A stretch of DNA of 64,000 nucleotides. It comes from Mustelus asterias. Lineage: Eukaryota. Where the stretch lies: positions 26,350,001 to 26,414,000 of the forward strand of contig NC_135804.1 in NCBI RefSeq assembly GCF_964213995.1. The letters are read 5' to 3'. Position 1 is the stretch's first letter. Every line of letters begins with the position of its first letter. Shown here piece by piece: positions 24,300-36,689 of this stretch. The notes under the pieces are model-generated. The model saw only the letters and a list, made by a program, of their open reading frames with translations. It did not search any database and was not told the origin of the DNA. The position numbers were made by a program, and so were the translations under genes.

Positions 24300-25530
24300 A
24301 ACATAAAAATATTAGAAATAGGAGCAGGAGTAGGCTATTCGGCCTCTTGGCCTGCTCTGGCACTCAATAAGATCATGGCTGATCTGACAGTAGCCGTAAC
24401 TCAATTTTCCTGCCAGCCTCCCTAACCTCTGATTCCCTTGTCAATCAAAAATATGCATAGCTCAGAGCTGAATATATTTAATGACCCTGCCTTCATTGCT
24501 TTCTGGATAAGAGAATGTCAAAGGCTAATGTGCCTTTGAGAGAAGAAATACCTCCTCATCTCCATCTTAGATGGAAGACCTTTTTTAAAAAAATTGTGCC
24601 TCTTGCTTCAAGAATCCCTCATGGGAGGAAGCATTCTCTCTGCATCCATCTTGTCAAGCTCCCTCAGAGTCTTGTCTATTTCAGTGAGACCACCTCTTAT
24701 TCATCTAAACTCCAATGAATATAGGCCTAACCTGCTCAACCTTTCCTCATAAGACAAACCCCTCACCCCAGGAATCAGCCTAGTGAACCTTCACTAACTG
24801 CTGCCAGTGCAAGTGTTGTATTCCTTAAGTCAGGCGACCAAAACTGTACACAATACTCTAGCTGTAGTCTTACCAATGCCCTGTGCAGTTGTAAAAAGAC
24901 TTCCCTACTTTTATACTGCACCCCCTGAAATAAAGGCCTGTAATCCATTTGCCTTCCTAATTACTTACTGGACTGTATGCTGACTTCTTTGTGATTTGTA
25001 TTTGCCCACCCAGACTCCTCCATACTTCCGCGTTATGTCGTCCATCTCCATTTAGATTATCTGCTTTTCAATTAATCCTACCAAAGTGGACAACCTCACA
25101 TTTTCCCACATCTGCCAAATTTTTGCCCACTCATTTTATCCATAATGCCTGTTATATTTTCAAAGAACTCTAATAAATTTGTCAAACACTACTTACCTTT
25201 CACAAAATTGTGTTTACTGACATTATTGTATTTTCTAAATGTCTTGTTATCTCTTTAATAATGGATTCTAGCATTTTCCCCAAAGACAGACATTAGGCTA
25301 ACTGGCCTATAGTTTACTGCTTTCTTTCTCCCTCCTTTCTTGAACAGAGGTTTTACATTTATAGTTTTAAAATCCGCTGGGACCCTTCTAGCATTTAGAA
25401 TTTTTGAAGTTTACAACCAATGCATCCATTATCTCTGCAGTCATTTTTTAAGACCATTGGATGCAGACCACCAGATTCGGGTGACTTGTCAATCTTAAGT
25501 TGTAGTAGTTTTCCCATTACTTTTTTTAAT
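24300..25530 (-). mobile_element. Degraded CR1 LINE (3' end at 24300)
   Basis: Tail ataggagcaggagtaggctattcggcc plus RT remnants on the minus strand. Confidence 0.7.
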
Positions 25531-25633
25531 GCTTGTGCAGTCGCAAGTCAAGTAGGTCCTTTTTTTCAAATAATTTTCCTTAACAAGTTTTTCAGTTGTC
25601 AAGCTAACCAGGAAAGCAGAAATGCAAGTATAT

Positions 25634-26325
25634 TTTATTCATTCGTGGGACATGGGCATCGCTGGCTGGCCAGCATTTATTGCCCATCCCTAGTTGCCCT
25701 TGGAAGGCAGGTGAGAGTCAACCACATTGCTGTGGCTCTGGAGTCACATATAGGCTAGACCAGATAAAGACCTGGATCTTGTTTGCACTGATTAATTTAT
25801 TACCACTAAATTATTATTGATATTGAATAATAAGAGTGCATAGATTGAACATAAAAACATTACAAATAGGAGCAGGAGTTGGCTATTCAGCCTCTTAGCC
25901 TGCTCTGGCATTCAATAAGATCCTGGCTGATCTGACAGTGGCTGTGACTCCGTTTTCCTGCCAGCCTCTCTAACCTCTGATTCCTTTGTCAATCAAAAAT
26001 ATGTCTAGCTCAGAGCTGATATATTTAATGACCGTGCCTTCACTACTTTCTGGAGAAGCGAATGTCAAAGACTAATGTGCCTTTGAGAGAAGAAATATCT
26101 CCTCATCTCTATCTTAGGCAGATTTCCTTCCCTAAAGGGACGTTAGTGAACCAAATGGGTTTTTCTGACAGTCGACAATGGTTTCATCAGTAGATTCTTA
26201 ATTCCAAATTGAATTCAAATTCCAGCATCCTCAGTGGCAGGATTCGAACCTGGGTCCCCAGAACATTAGTTGAGTTTCTGGATTAATAGTCTAGCGATAA
26301 CACCACTCAGCCATTCCCTCCCCTT
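25634..26325 (-). mobile_element. Family-B SINE interrupted by a 343-bp duplicated segment
   Basis: The consensus ...gacgg|cagatttcc is split at 25775-26117 by a copy of 24228-24570. Confidence 0.85.
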
Positions 26326-26789
26326 ATACATCAGGAAGCATGCTATTAGGGACATGTTATTGAAAAATGTAGGTAGAATCTGTTATTAGTCCATTTGAAA
26401 TATTGTCATTTCAAAGTTGTAGATCCAGAATCCTGTCAAATTTACAGATCTATTAATTGATGTGACTCATTTTTTAGCAACAGGAACTTGTGTAAACAGG
26501 ATTTGGAACAAAATGGTATCTTGCTGCAAACTATTGTAATCGAATTTGAATATCGTGTACATGATTGTCATTACCTAAACAACAGAGCATGTTCTTGAAG
26601 TAAATAGAGACTATGTTAACAGACTCCACTAAATATTTGTGCTCAAGGGCCAGAGTTTCTGAGGATTGGAATATGTTCCTAACTCAAGCTACAGGCCTGC
26701 TACAGTAAAGGCTTTCTTTGCTGTGTTCGAACAACATACGTTGGGGCCCATCTTGAAAAGCGTTCTGACATTGCAGAGTTTTACCTTAT

Positions 26790-27190
26790 ATTAGCAAATT
26801 TAGTGCATATGAAAAGAGTTGGTATTTAAACAGTGCTTTCCATGACACAGGACACCTAAACTTGTTAAGTAGTTGCAATGCAGGGAGATATTGAGCACAG
26901 TGTCCCTCAGAGCAGTGAGATGAATGGCCAATTAAACTTTCCTTGTAGGTTAGTTGAGGGATAAATATTGACCAGGACACTGGGAGAACTCCCTAGCTCT
27001 TCTTTGAATTGTGCCTTGGAATTTATGATGGCAGATTGGACAGTGGTTTAATGTCTCATTCAAAAAATGACACATCCAACAGTACAGCACTCTTTAAGTA
27101 CCGCATTGAATTGTCAGCCCAGATTATGTGTAAAATGTTTGAAGTGAAATATGAACCCATGATCCTCTGATTCAAAACCGAGGTTGACAC
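26790..27190 (-). mobile_element. Deu-domain SINE (SacSINE1/AmnSINE1-like), degraded
   Basis: The reverse complement resembles the copies at 43930-44345 and 46000-46550 (gtcctggtcaatatttatccctcaac). Confidence 0.6.
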
Positions 27191-27429
27191 TCTCTAATAC
27201 ATTTCAGAATCATGTTCAATAATTGCTTCAATGAAGTTGAGAAATCTGAGTGGCCTCATAGAATGGCCATCATAAATTAATGGTAAACGTTGACAATTTG
27301 GTGAGAGTTGAAATAGTGCTACATGTTAAATATTTAATTTAACTTAATAATATATATATATATATCTTAAACTAGACCAAGTAATTAGTTTTTAATTAGC
27401 TAAACTTTAATTAATTAGATGATTTTTAT

Positions 27430-27770
27430 TTCATTTATTGTTGTCATATGTATTAGCATACAGTGAAAAGTATTGTTTCTTGCGCGCTATACAGACAAAG
27501 CATACTGTTCATAGAGAAGGAAATGAGAGTGCAGAATGTAGTGTTGCAGTCATAGCTAGGATGCAGAGAAAGATCAACATAATGCGAGGTAGGTCCATTC
27601 AAAAGCCTTATGGCAGCGGCTAAGAAGCTGTCTTGAGTCGGTTGGTACGTGACCTCAGACTTTTGTATCTTTTTCCCGACGGAAGAAGGTGGAAGAGAGA
27701 ATGCCCGGGGTGCGTGGGGTCCTTAATTATGCTGGCTGCTTCACCGAGGCAGTGGGAGGTGTAGACAAGG
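27430..27770 (-). mobile_element. Rex1/Babar-like LINE 3' end
   Basis: The tail gcgcgcaagaaacaatacttttcactgta...tgacaacaataaa is shared with 10860-10945 (+). Clade assignment is from recall. Confidence 0.55.
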
Positions 27771-28335
27771 ATGTAAAGGGATTGCAGGGCAAGTGGTGCG
27801 CTGCAACTGCAATAAGTGAGTGTTTGTGGCGATTATAGCAATCCCAGACAACAAAACCTGCAGTCAGCATCTGCATTGTGAGAAATGTCAGCTTAGAGTT
27901 ATTGAGCTAGTGTCCGAGATGCAGACATTGTGAAATGTGGAGGTGGAGGAGTGTAGTTGATATGGAGGAAGTTTGATCCAGGAGGCAGTCAGACCCATTG
28001 GATTAGGGAAGTAGTATAGCTATGGTTAGCAGTCACGGACTGGAGGGTGTAACCACAAGTCAAGCAAGTAGAGTATGTGCATTTTAAGAGCAGCCTTGGC
28101 CTCTGCTTTTTCCAACACATACAAGATTCTTGTTGCTGTAGTACAGGAGGCCATTCAAGTAGGGGGAGTGGAAAGGAGTATGGAGTGGTAGGCGACAGTA
28201 CTGACAGAGGACTGCTTTTTTCAGCCATGACCAGGACCTCTGAAGACTCTGTTGCCCGTGCAGTACCAGGATTAAGGACATCTTGCGCTGGGAAAGAACT
28301 TGGGATGGGAAGGATTGGCTCCTATTGGTGTAGTC

Positions 28336-28785
28336 CAGTGGTTCCCAAACTTTTTTCACTGGGCCGCACTTTCGGAATAAAGATTTGCCCGTGCCACACC
28401 AAATTTTTCATTGATAAGAAATACATTCAAAAACAAAACAAAACAACTCCTGGCAGTGCTTGATTCATAACATAGATGGCAAGTGTGGCAGGAAGATTCA
28501 AGGACAATCAAAGAAACATTTAAACATGGATAGCTATTTTTCCAAAGTGAGAGCAAGAGCATCAAATGATGTTGAGGACGATGTCTCATGATCATATTAT
28601 ACAACTACTTTATAATATGATCATGGGACATCGTCCTCAACATCATTTGATGCTCTTGCTCTCACTTTGGAAAAATATCTATCCCTGTTTAGATGTTTCT
28701 TTGATTGTCCTTGAATCTTCCCGCCACACTTGCCATCCTCTCTCACCGCACCAGTGTGGCGCGCCGCACCCTTTGGGAACCACTG
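28336..28785. mobile_element. Non-autonomous hAT (Charlie-like) DNA transposon, 450 bp
   Basis: Terminal inverted repeats (TIRs) CAGTGGTTCCCAAA / TTTGGGAACCACTG and a perfect 8-bp TSD GTGTAGTC at 28328-28335 and 28786-28793. Confidence 0.93.
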
Positions 28786-29593
28786 GTGTAGTCCATTTAG
28801 GAACAAACTACATGGGTTGAATGAGGATTGTGCTTCTGCTGTAGAAGTTTTGAGGGGCTAGGCTCCAGATTAATAAACGGAACCTTACAGGTCTTAATCT
28901 CTGGATTTCTACTTGAGCCACATGCGAATTGGTATACGGTCAAACAGATCAGCAAGTTGAATATGTGGTTCAAAGAGTGGCATGGGAGACAGGGGTGTTT
29001 GATCCTTGGTTATTGATACCGCTTTGAGGGAGAGATGGAGCAGTTCTGTGGCTCCGCTTAAACTGGGCTGGGACCAGTGTCCTTGAATAGGACTGTTAAT
29101 GGGGCTTTAAACCAAAAAAAGGGCAAGAAGGTAGGCTAAGTTGAGAGAAAAAGTATAAATCTAAAGAGAAAAGCCAAGGCTGTAGAGCAGTGTAATAATT
29201 TGGGTAAAGATAAACACTGTGACATGAAGGGACAAAGAATTTAACAATAATAATATATCAGTGAATGAGGTCAAATCAGCAGGAAATAGTAAAAGTTTTT
29301 TACTGTGAAAATCAAAGTTAAAGACACTTTATCTGACTGCGTAAAACATTTACAAGACAGGTGAATTAATGACACAATTAGAGATAGTTGTGTTTGATCT
29401 AATCGCCTGTAGAGTCGCAGTTTCATGGTGACCAAGTTTAGGAAACAAATATTCCAGGTTTCTTGACATTTTGAAAAGACAGATAAAATGGAAAAGGAGA
29501 TGGGAGTGGTTTGGGGGAATCCTGAGAATAAAGGATGATACAAGGACAAAAGTGAGGAAAGATCTTGGCTCTGAAGAACAGGAAGTAGAATCA

Positions 29594-29730
29594 AAAACAG
29601 AGTTAACGTCTGCATGACTCTTGTTCAGAAGATTTCCTCTCTCTAAGATGCTGCCTGGCCTGCTGAGTTTTCCCAGCTTTCTCTGCTTTTGTTTCACATT
29701 CCAGCATCCGCAGTATTTTGCTATTTTACA
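29594..29730. mobile_element. Asymmetric inverted PLE stub (family B) with 11-bp TSD
   Basis: aagtagaatca at 29583-29593 and 29731-29741; a minus-strand hammerhead remnant joined to a plus-strand tail. Confidence 0.75.
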
Positions 29731-31977
29731 AAGTAGAATCAGTTTGGGTGGTGATAAGAAATAGCAAGGGTCAGAAAATACTGGTGAAAATGGTTTATAG
29801 GCCTCTTATTAGTAGTTACACTATTAGAATATTAATCAAGGACTAAGAGGAACTTGTAGCAAAAACAATGCAATAATCATGAGGACTTTAATCTTCATGT
29901 AGACTGGTCAAGTCAAATCAGCAAAAATAGTTTGGAGGATGAGTTTATAGAATGCATTTGAGACAGTGTCCTGGAACAAACTAAGGAAGATCTTCACTGT
30001 GTAATGACACAAGGTTAATTCGTAATCTCATAATAAGGGATCCTCTGAGGAAATGTGATCATAATATGATAGAATTTCACGCTGAGTTTGAGAATAGCGT
30101 ACATCAGTCTGAAACTAGAACATTAAATTTACATAAAGCCAATTACATAAGAGGCAAGTTGACAAAGGTCGATTGGGGAAAATTGATTAAAAGGTATGAT
30201 TGTAGATAAGCATTGGTGAATATTTAAAGAACTATTCATAATTGTCAATAAACATATATTCTCTTGAGAAATTAAAAACTCCGTGGGAAAAACGATCCTT
30301 CCCTAATTAACTAAAATGGTTAAGGATAATATTAGATTAAAATAAGTGGCTTATTGCCAAGAAGAGTAGTAAGCCTGAGGATTAGCAGTATTAGAAACCA
30401 GAAAAGAATGACACAAAATTTAATACAGAGAATAAATAAGCAAGAAATATAAAAACAGATTTTAAGAACTTGAACTAGTAAGTGTAACAAAAGAGTAATC
30501 AAAGTAAATATTGATCCCTTAAAGGCCCAAACAGAAGATATTATAGTTGGAAATAAGGAATTGACAGTGATGTTAAACAAATATTTTGTTTCTGTCTTCA
30601 CAATAGAATACATACAAAAAGCATGCCAGAAAAAATGAGGAACCAAGGATTTCATGAGTGAGGAACGTGAACTTTAAATAATATTAATAAAGGAAAAGGT
30701 ATTGGAGAAATTAGTAGGACTAAAAACTGACAAATCCCCTGGACCAGGTGGCCTACATTGTAGAGTTTTGAAAGAGGGAATTGCACATATAGCTGATAGA
30801 ATCTGCAGTGGTACTGATTTCCAAAATTCCCTAGATTCTGGAAGGTAGCAAATTTAACATTGCTATTCAAGAATGGAGGGAGAGAGAAAGCAGAACCACA
30901 GGCCAGTTAGCCTGTCATTGGTCATTGGAAAAGCGCTGGAGTCCATTATTAAAGGAGTGGTCAGGGGCATTTAGACAGTAGCAATACATTTGGGCAGAAT
31001 CAACATGGTTTTTTTTTGAAAGAGAAATCACATATGACAAATTGTTGAAAGTATCAGGTTTGATAAAGGGGAACTAATGGATGTTGAATATTTGGATTTT
31101 CAAAAGGTAAGATGCAGCACAGAAAATGGTTGCACAAGATAAGGGCTCATGAGGTAATATAACAGCATGGATAGAGGATCGGTGAAAGGACAAATCGGAG
31201 TTGATTGCTCTTTACTAGTGGGATGCGGCAAGGATCAGTGCTGGAGCCTCAGCATTTACAATCTGTCTTAAAATAGATGATGGAGTGTAATATATCTAAG
31301 TTTGCTGATGTTACGAGGCTAGGTGGGCTACTAAGCTGTGAGGAGGGCACAAAGAGACTACAAAGGATTAGGAATAAGAAATGGAATATAGCATAGGAAA
31401 AATATGAGGTTATTCACTTTGTTAGGAAAAATATGACTGAATATGTTCTGATGAAGTCATATTCGACTCATAACATTAACTTGGTTTCTATTCTCCGCAG
31501 ATGGTTGCAGACCTGCTGAGTATTTTGTGCACTTTATTTTTTATAACTTTATGAAGTTTTAGCATTCAGAAGGATTGGATATTGTAGTGTTTGAATCACA
31601 GAAAATTAACATTTTCGGAAGGCAAATGTATTTTGACCTTTATTGCAAGGAAGGTGGAGTACAAGAGCACGAAAGCCTTGCTGCAATTGTGCAGGGCTTT
31701 GACGAGGCTGCAAGTCGAGTGCTGTGTACAGTTTTGATTTCTATACCTAATGAAGGATATACTAGCCTTAGAGGCAGTGCAACAAAAGTTCATTCAATTG
31801 AATCCTGAAATGAAAGGACTTTCCTATGAGGAGAGATTGAGTATAGAATGGGTGTGTACCCTCTGGAGTTTAGAAGAACAAATGTTGATCTAATTGAAAT
31901 ATTTCTGAGAAGGCTTGACAGGGTAGACACGTGGAGGCAGTTTCCTCTACCCAGAGAATCCTGAGATCGAAAGCATT

Positions 31978-32787
31978 GGGCCTGATTTTACCATCGCGTT
32001 GCGCCCGTTTTCGGGCGTGAAAACTTGGTAAAGTCGGGCGTGAGGCGAATAGCGTGATCCGCGTCCGTCTCCGCGCCGGTTCCCCTTTGCCAAGGCCCGA
32101 AAATGGCCGCGATCTTGACCACGACCAAAACCGGCGCAACGGCCATTTAAATGCATTTGCATACATTTAAATTGACATAATGGACTGCAAGGCCAACTTT
32201 ACTGGCACTTAACCTCTTTACCACCGTGTTCGCCCATCCAGAATCAGCGCCAAGCGGACATGCTCCATAGAAATCCAATTAGTAGGGCCTAGCGTCCGAT
32301 GGCTCTCTGCTTGAGATCGTTGGGGGGGGTTGGGGGGAGGTGGGTCCGCTGCGACTCTGCCTGAGATCAGTGGAGGGAAAGGGGGGTCCGCTGCCACTCT
32401 GCCTGAAATCAGTGGGGGGGGGGGAAAGGCCCCGCAATCGGTCTGGGTGGGATAAGGGGTCAATAATGTTGTGGGGGTGGGGCAATGTCTATGGGGGCCA
32501 GGGGGAGGCATTATCCGGCCCGGGAGGGATGTGGCAGGGGAGCAACAACATTCTATCATTTTTTTTCTGCACATGCGCAATTGGAGGCATCGATCGGAGG
32601 TGCAGGGTTTCGGGTGTGTTAAGTGCGCCCCCCCCCCGGGCTTCTGCAGCGCGATTCGGAATCGCTGATATTTTTGCAGGCAGGGTGTGTATAGGGGTGC
32701 CTCAGAATGGGTCTAAAAGTCGGATCTGAAACACTCCCACTTTCAAGTCCGTCCAACATTTAGATTCAAAATGGTAAAATAGGGCCC
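31978..32787. mobile_element. GC-rich PIF/Harbinger-type MITE (copy 1)
   Basis: TIRs GGGCCTGATTTTACCAT / ATGGTAAAATAGGGCCC; colinear with 42251-43080. Confidence 0.8.
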
Positions 32788-34011
32788 AATAGTCTCGGAA
32801 ATGGATAACAGCCATTTTGGACAGAGATGAGACGTTTCTTCACTCAGAGTTGTGACTTTTTGAAAATTCTCAAGCCCAGGGGTACTATGGGCACTCAATC
32901 ATTGAGTATTTGAGTCTTTTCTCATCATAGGAGAAATTTTAGTGGTTAAGTTTAAAATCAGTCTGATATGAATGTTAGCATCGAGGACTTTAGAATTGTT
33001 TTACAATTTAATCGGAAATATATGATAGATATAACTGAGGTAACGTCGTCCACATTGAAGTAATATTTTCTTTGTGATGATTCCGTTACGCTCTAGTTTT
33101 TAGCAAAGATGGACATCAATATGTGACATTTAAAAGTGAACTTTACTGTAATTAAGGTAATTCATTCAAAGGCCTTTATGGAGATATTTTTTCTTTCATG
33201 GGATTTAGGAATCATTAGGCCAGCATTTGTTTCCCATCCCTAATTATCCTGGAACTGCATGGCTTGCTGGACTACTTCAGAGAGCATTTTAAGAGTCAGC
33301 CACCTTACTTTGGGTTCGGAGTCACATGTTGATCAAACAAGAATGGCAAATTTGCTTCCATAAAGTAAACAAAATGAGTTTTTACAACCAGCAATAATAG
33401 TTTCAAGCCATGAGACTAGCTTTCATTTCCAGATTTTTATTTTATTATTAATTGAATCCAAACTCTACCAGCTGCTGTGGTGGGATTTGAACCCATGTCC
33501 CCAGGGTATCGGCCTGGGCCAATGACACACCACTATCCACCATCTGCTTGGTGATGGGAATGATAGGAAAACAATGTGGTCAGAGTGCAGTCAATAACTG
33601 CAAAAAGGTACGCATGTGTCGTAAGCTACAAGACGAGCAATATGATAATGGCTCTTATGGTTGGTGTTCTTGCTGTTATCGGGATCAGTGAGAAGTGAAA
33701 GTAGATTCCTTTTTGAAGTAGCGTGTCTGGTCATCCAGTGCTTCCATTCAGATGATTACAATGGAATATGATTAAAGTTTAGTTCATTTCATCATTTTGC
33801 CTGGTTTCCTGAATGTCACAAACCTTTCTGTGATGCATATTACACAACATAGGATGTGTGTTACAATACAGATTTTGTAAATTTGTCATTGAACATTTTT
33901 TTTGCTATTTCCTGTTATTGTAAAGTTAATAAGAACAAAATAAAGCTCTTCCTGTTTGTTTTCATGAATTAAAATGTTGTTATTCCTTGTCACATTATTG
34001 TATACTTATAT

Positions 34012-34487
34012 TGTGCGGGTTAGGTGGATTGGCCATGCTAAAATTGCCCCTTACTGTCAGGGGGATTGGCAAGGCAAATATGTGAGGTGATAGGGAGAGG
34101 GCCTGGGTGTATCGTCGGTGCAGGCACGATGGGCCAAATAGCCTCCTTCACGGAGGTCCTTGGGGTGGCATGGTGGCACAGTGTTTAGCACTGCTGCTTC
34201 ACAGTGCCAGGGACCTGGGTTTAATTCCCGGCTTGGGTTACTGTCTACGCGGAGTCTGAACGTTCTCCCCCGTGTCTGCGTGAGTTTCCTCTGGGTGCTC
34301 CGGTTTCCGCCCACATTCCAAAAGATGTGCAGGTTAGGTGCGTTGGCCATGCTAAATTCTCCCTCAAGGCGCCAGAGTGTGGCAAGTAGGGGATTTTCAC
34401 AGTAATTTCATTGCAGTGTTAATGTAAGCTGACATGTGACACTAATAAATAAGCTTTAAACTTTCCTGCACTGTAGGGATTCTATGT
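34012..34487 (+). mobile_element. HE1 tail-a SINE fragment containing a nested tail-b SINE (about 34160-34464)
   Basis: The host tail gcctccttc|...|ctgcactgtagggattctatg is split by a complete tail-b copy. Confidence 0.8.
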
Positions 34488-34502
34488 ATTGTGAAAGTTA
34501 TG

Positions 34503-34865
34503 GGGAGGCAGTGGCACAGTGATACTATCACTGGACAAATAATCAGAGACCCAGAGTAATGCTGTGGGGAGCTGGGTTTGAATCTCACCATGGCAGATGA
34601 TGAAATTTGAATATGGAAAAATCTGGAATTAAAAGTCTAATGATAACCAAGAAACCATTATCGATTGTTGTAAAAAATCGGATCTGGTTCAATAATCCCC
34701 TCTAGGAAGGAAATCTCCTGTCCCTGCCCGCTCTGGCCTCCAGACCCAGAGCAATGTGGTTGACTCTGAAAATGCCATCTGGAATGGCCGAACAACCGAC
34801 TCAGTTCAAGGGGAATTAGGTAAGAAATGCAGGCCCAGCCCACATTCCATGAATGAATTTAAAAA
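34503..34865 (+). mobile_element. tRNA-derived SINE, family B (full length)
   Basis: gggaggcagtggcacagtg head, B-box remnant, and A-rich end. Confidence 0.75.
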
Positions 34866-34989
34866 ACTACTATTCAAGACTGAAATAGGTAAGGGAAATA
34901 AGGAAAATTAGAATGGGCAGGAAAGAGTGGTTATGGTCAAAAAGCAGTCATGATCTTATTGAATGGCAAAGAAGGTTTGAGAGATCTTG

Positions 34990-35112
34990 GATTGAATTTT
35001 CCCATCCCGCATGCCACGGGAATCGTAGCAGGCGGGAGCAAACCGTGTAAAGGTCCGTTGACCTCAGGCGAGATTTTCCAGTCTTGGGACGAGTGTGGCC
35101 GGAAAATCCCGC
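34990..35112. mobile_element. Small (~120 bp) MITE; related copy in opposite orientation at 36472-36590
   Basis: Imperfect TIRs (gaattttcc / ggaaaatcc); internal similarity to the reverse complement of 36472-36590. Confidence 0.55.
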
Positions 35113-36689
35113 TCCATATAAGTATGTGGCGTTATTTTACTTCTGTTGTAATGCTATTCAAAACTTAAGTCCTAATCTTTGAAGTTGCTATCCACATGAT
35201 TTTATAGTATTTGAGTCGCCTTCAGACACTTATTATGATAAGTGAAGTTTCAAAGTTAACTATGACATAAACCATGGAAACTTTTTAAGCAGAAAATTTT
35301 AACTGAGATCACTATCACTCCGTAACTTCCTCAGAGTGGCAATCAGTGGTGGATTGCCACTCCATAGAGACTGCGTTTGAAATGGAAAGCGCCTGTCTCA
35401 CTCAACTTTCCTGACTGAAGCCGAGTGAGACTCGAGGAGCGAAGCAGTCTCCAACTCCAGTGATGGAGTGTGAAAGGAGCAGAGTGAGGGAGGACATGCT
35501 CCCTTTTTATAGTATTGCTGTCAGAAAGCACATGAGCTTAAAGGTCTCATTGAAAGGGAGAAGGTAGGTTTCAATGGTAAGTGAATGGGATGTGGGGTCA
35601 GGGAGCAGTCATCGGTGGGGGGAATCGACATTGCAAGGGAGAGACGTCAAGGCATCGATGGGTGGAGATGTCTGGACATTGGCAAGATGGGGATTTGGAT
35701 ATTGGGGGTCAGGGAAGTGCCGGGGATGGGTCGTGGGATGATGTTGTTCAGGTCGGGGGGGGTCAAGCCAGTAGGCTGTCAGATGTGTCGGTAGTGGTCA
35801 GATCTTTGGGAGAGGGGGGACGTGAAATCCTGTGCAGGGAATACCATGGGGGAGGTCCCCTGGGGTATGGGGGTATCATGTGCAGGGCTCAGTCTGGCTG
35901 TTTTTTTCCTTATAACTCTTTCAGAGTAGCTATGGGTGTAAAACTGACAGAACCTTCTGAAGTTGGTAATTTAACTCACTTTGATGTATGGTTCCCAGCC
36001 CAGCACAGTTGTCCAGGTAAATTAGCCAAGAGGAATTTCCCAGTGCATCTTTGGGTACCCCCCAAATGCGACATTGGGGAGCCAAGAAGTTATGGCCCAT
36101 CACTTTAAAGAGTCCCGATACTTTGATATGAACATGTTCAACAGATTGACATAGAAAGCTTGGCTGTCCTGCCACTGCCAGCGAGAATGGAGAAATTGTC
36201 ACTCAGCCAAATCTCCATTCACTGCAGCGGGATCAGAGAATCTGGCCTCTTGTGTTTTAGTTTCAGTGCATAACATTAATTTATTTCATTTTCAGTGAAG
36301 CCTAATGATTAACTATGACAAACTGCAATCCATCTGTTGTCATGTGTACTCAACAGTCATTATACCTGTAATTGAGTTAAATGATAACTGTGCTGCAACC
36401 TCCATGGTTGAGTTTTGTTGAATGATTAAGAACATTGGTAATATATTAACGGTGAACTGGAGAGAACTACAGGTGGGATTTTACGGCCTTGCTTGCCCCG
36501 AAACTCCCACCCAAGGTCACCGGACCTTCCCATTGTTCGCCCCTCACACGCTCCGATTCCCGTGCCGAGCAGGGCGGTAAAATTCCAGTCGTGAGTTTGG
36601 AAACTGTAAAAATGAAGTTATTATCTGTGCCTTCATTATTTGCAAATTCATAAATCTCAAGTATTGAGCCATTGACCCCTCCATAAGCC

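Larger units (their letters stand above)
27770..31930 (+). mobile_element. Long, old CR1 LINE (ORF1/ORF2 remnants) with nested MITE and PLE stubs
   Basis: Remnants of KSPGP, DFQK, QGSVLEP and FAD motifs in order; ORF1-like remnants at about 28200-29100. Confidence 0.7.
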
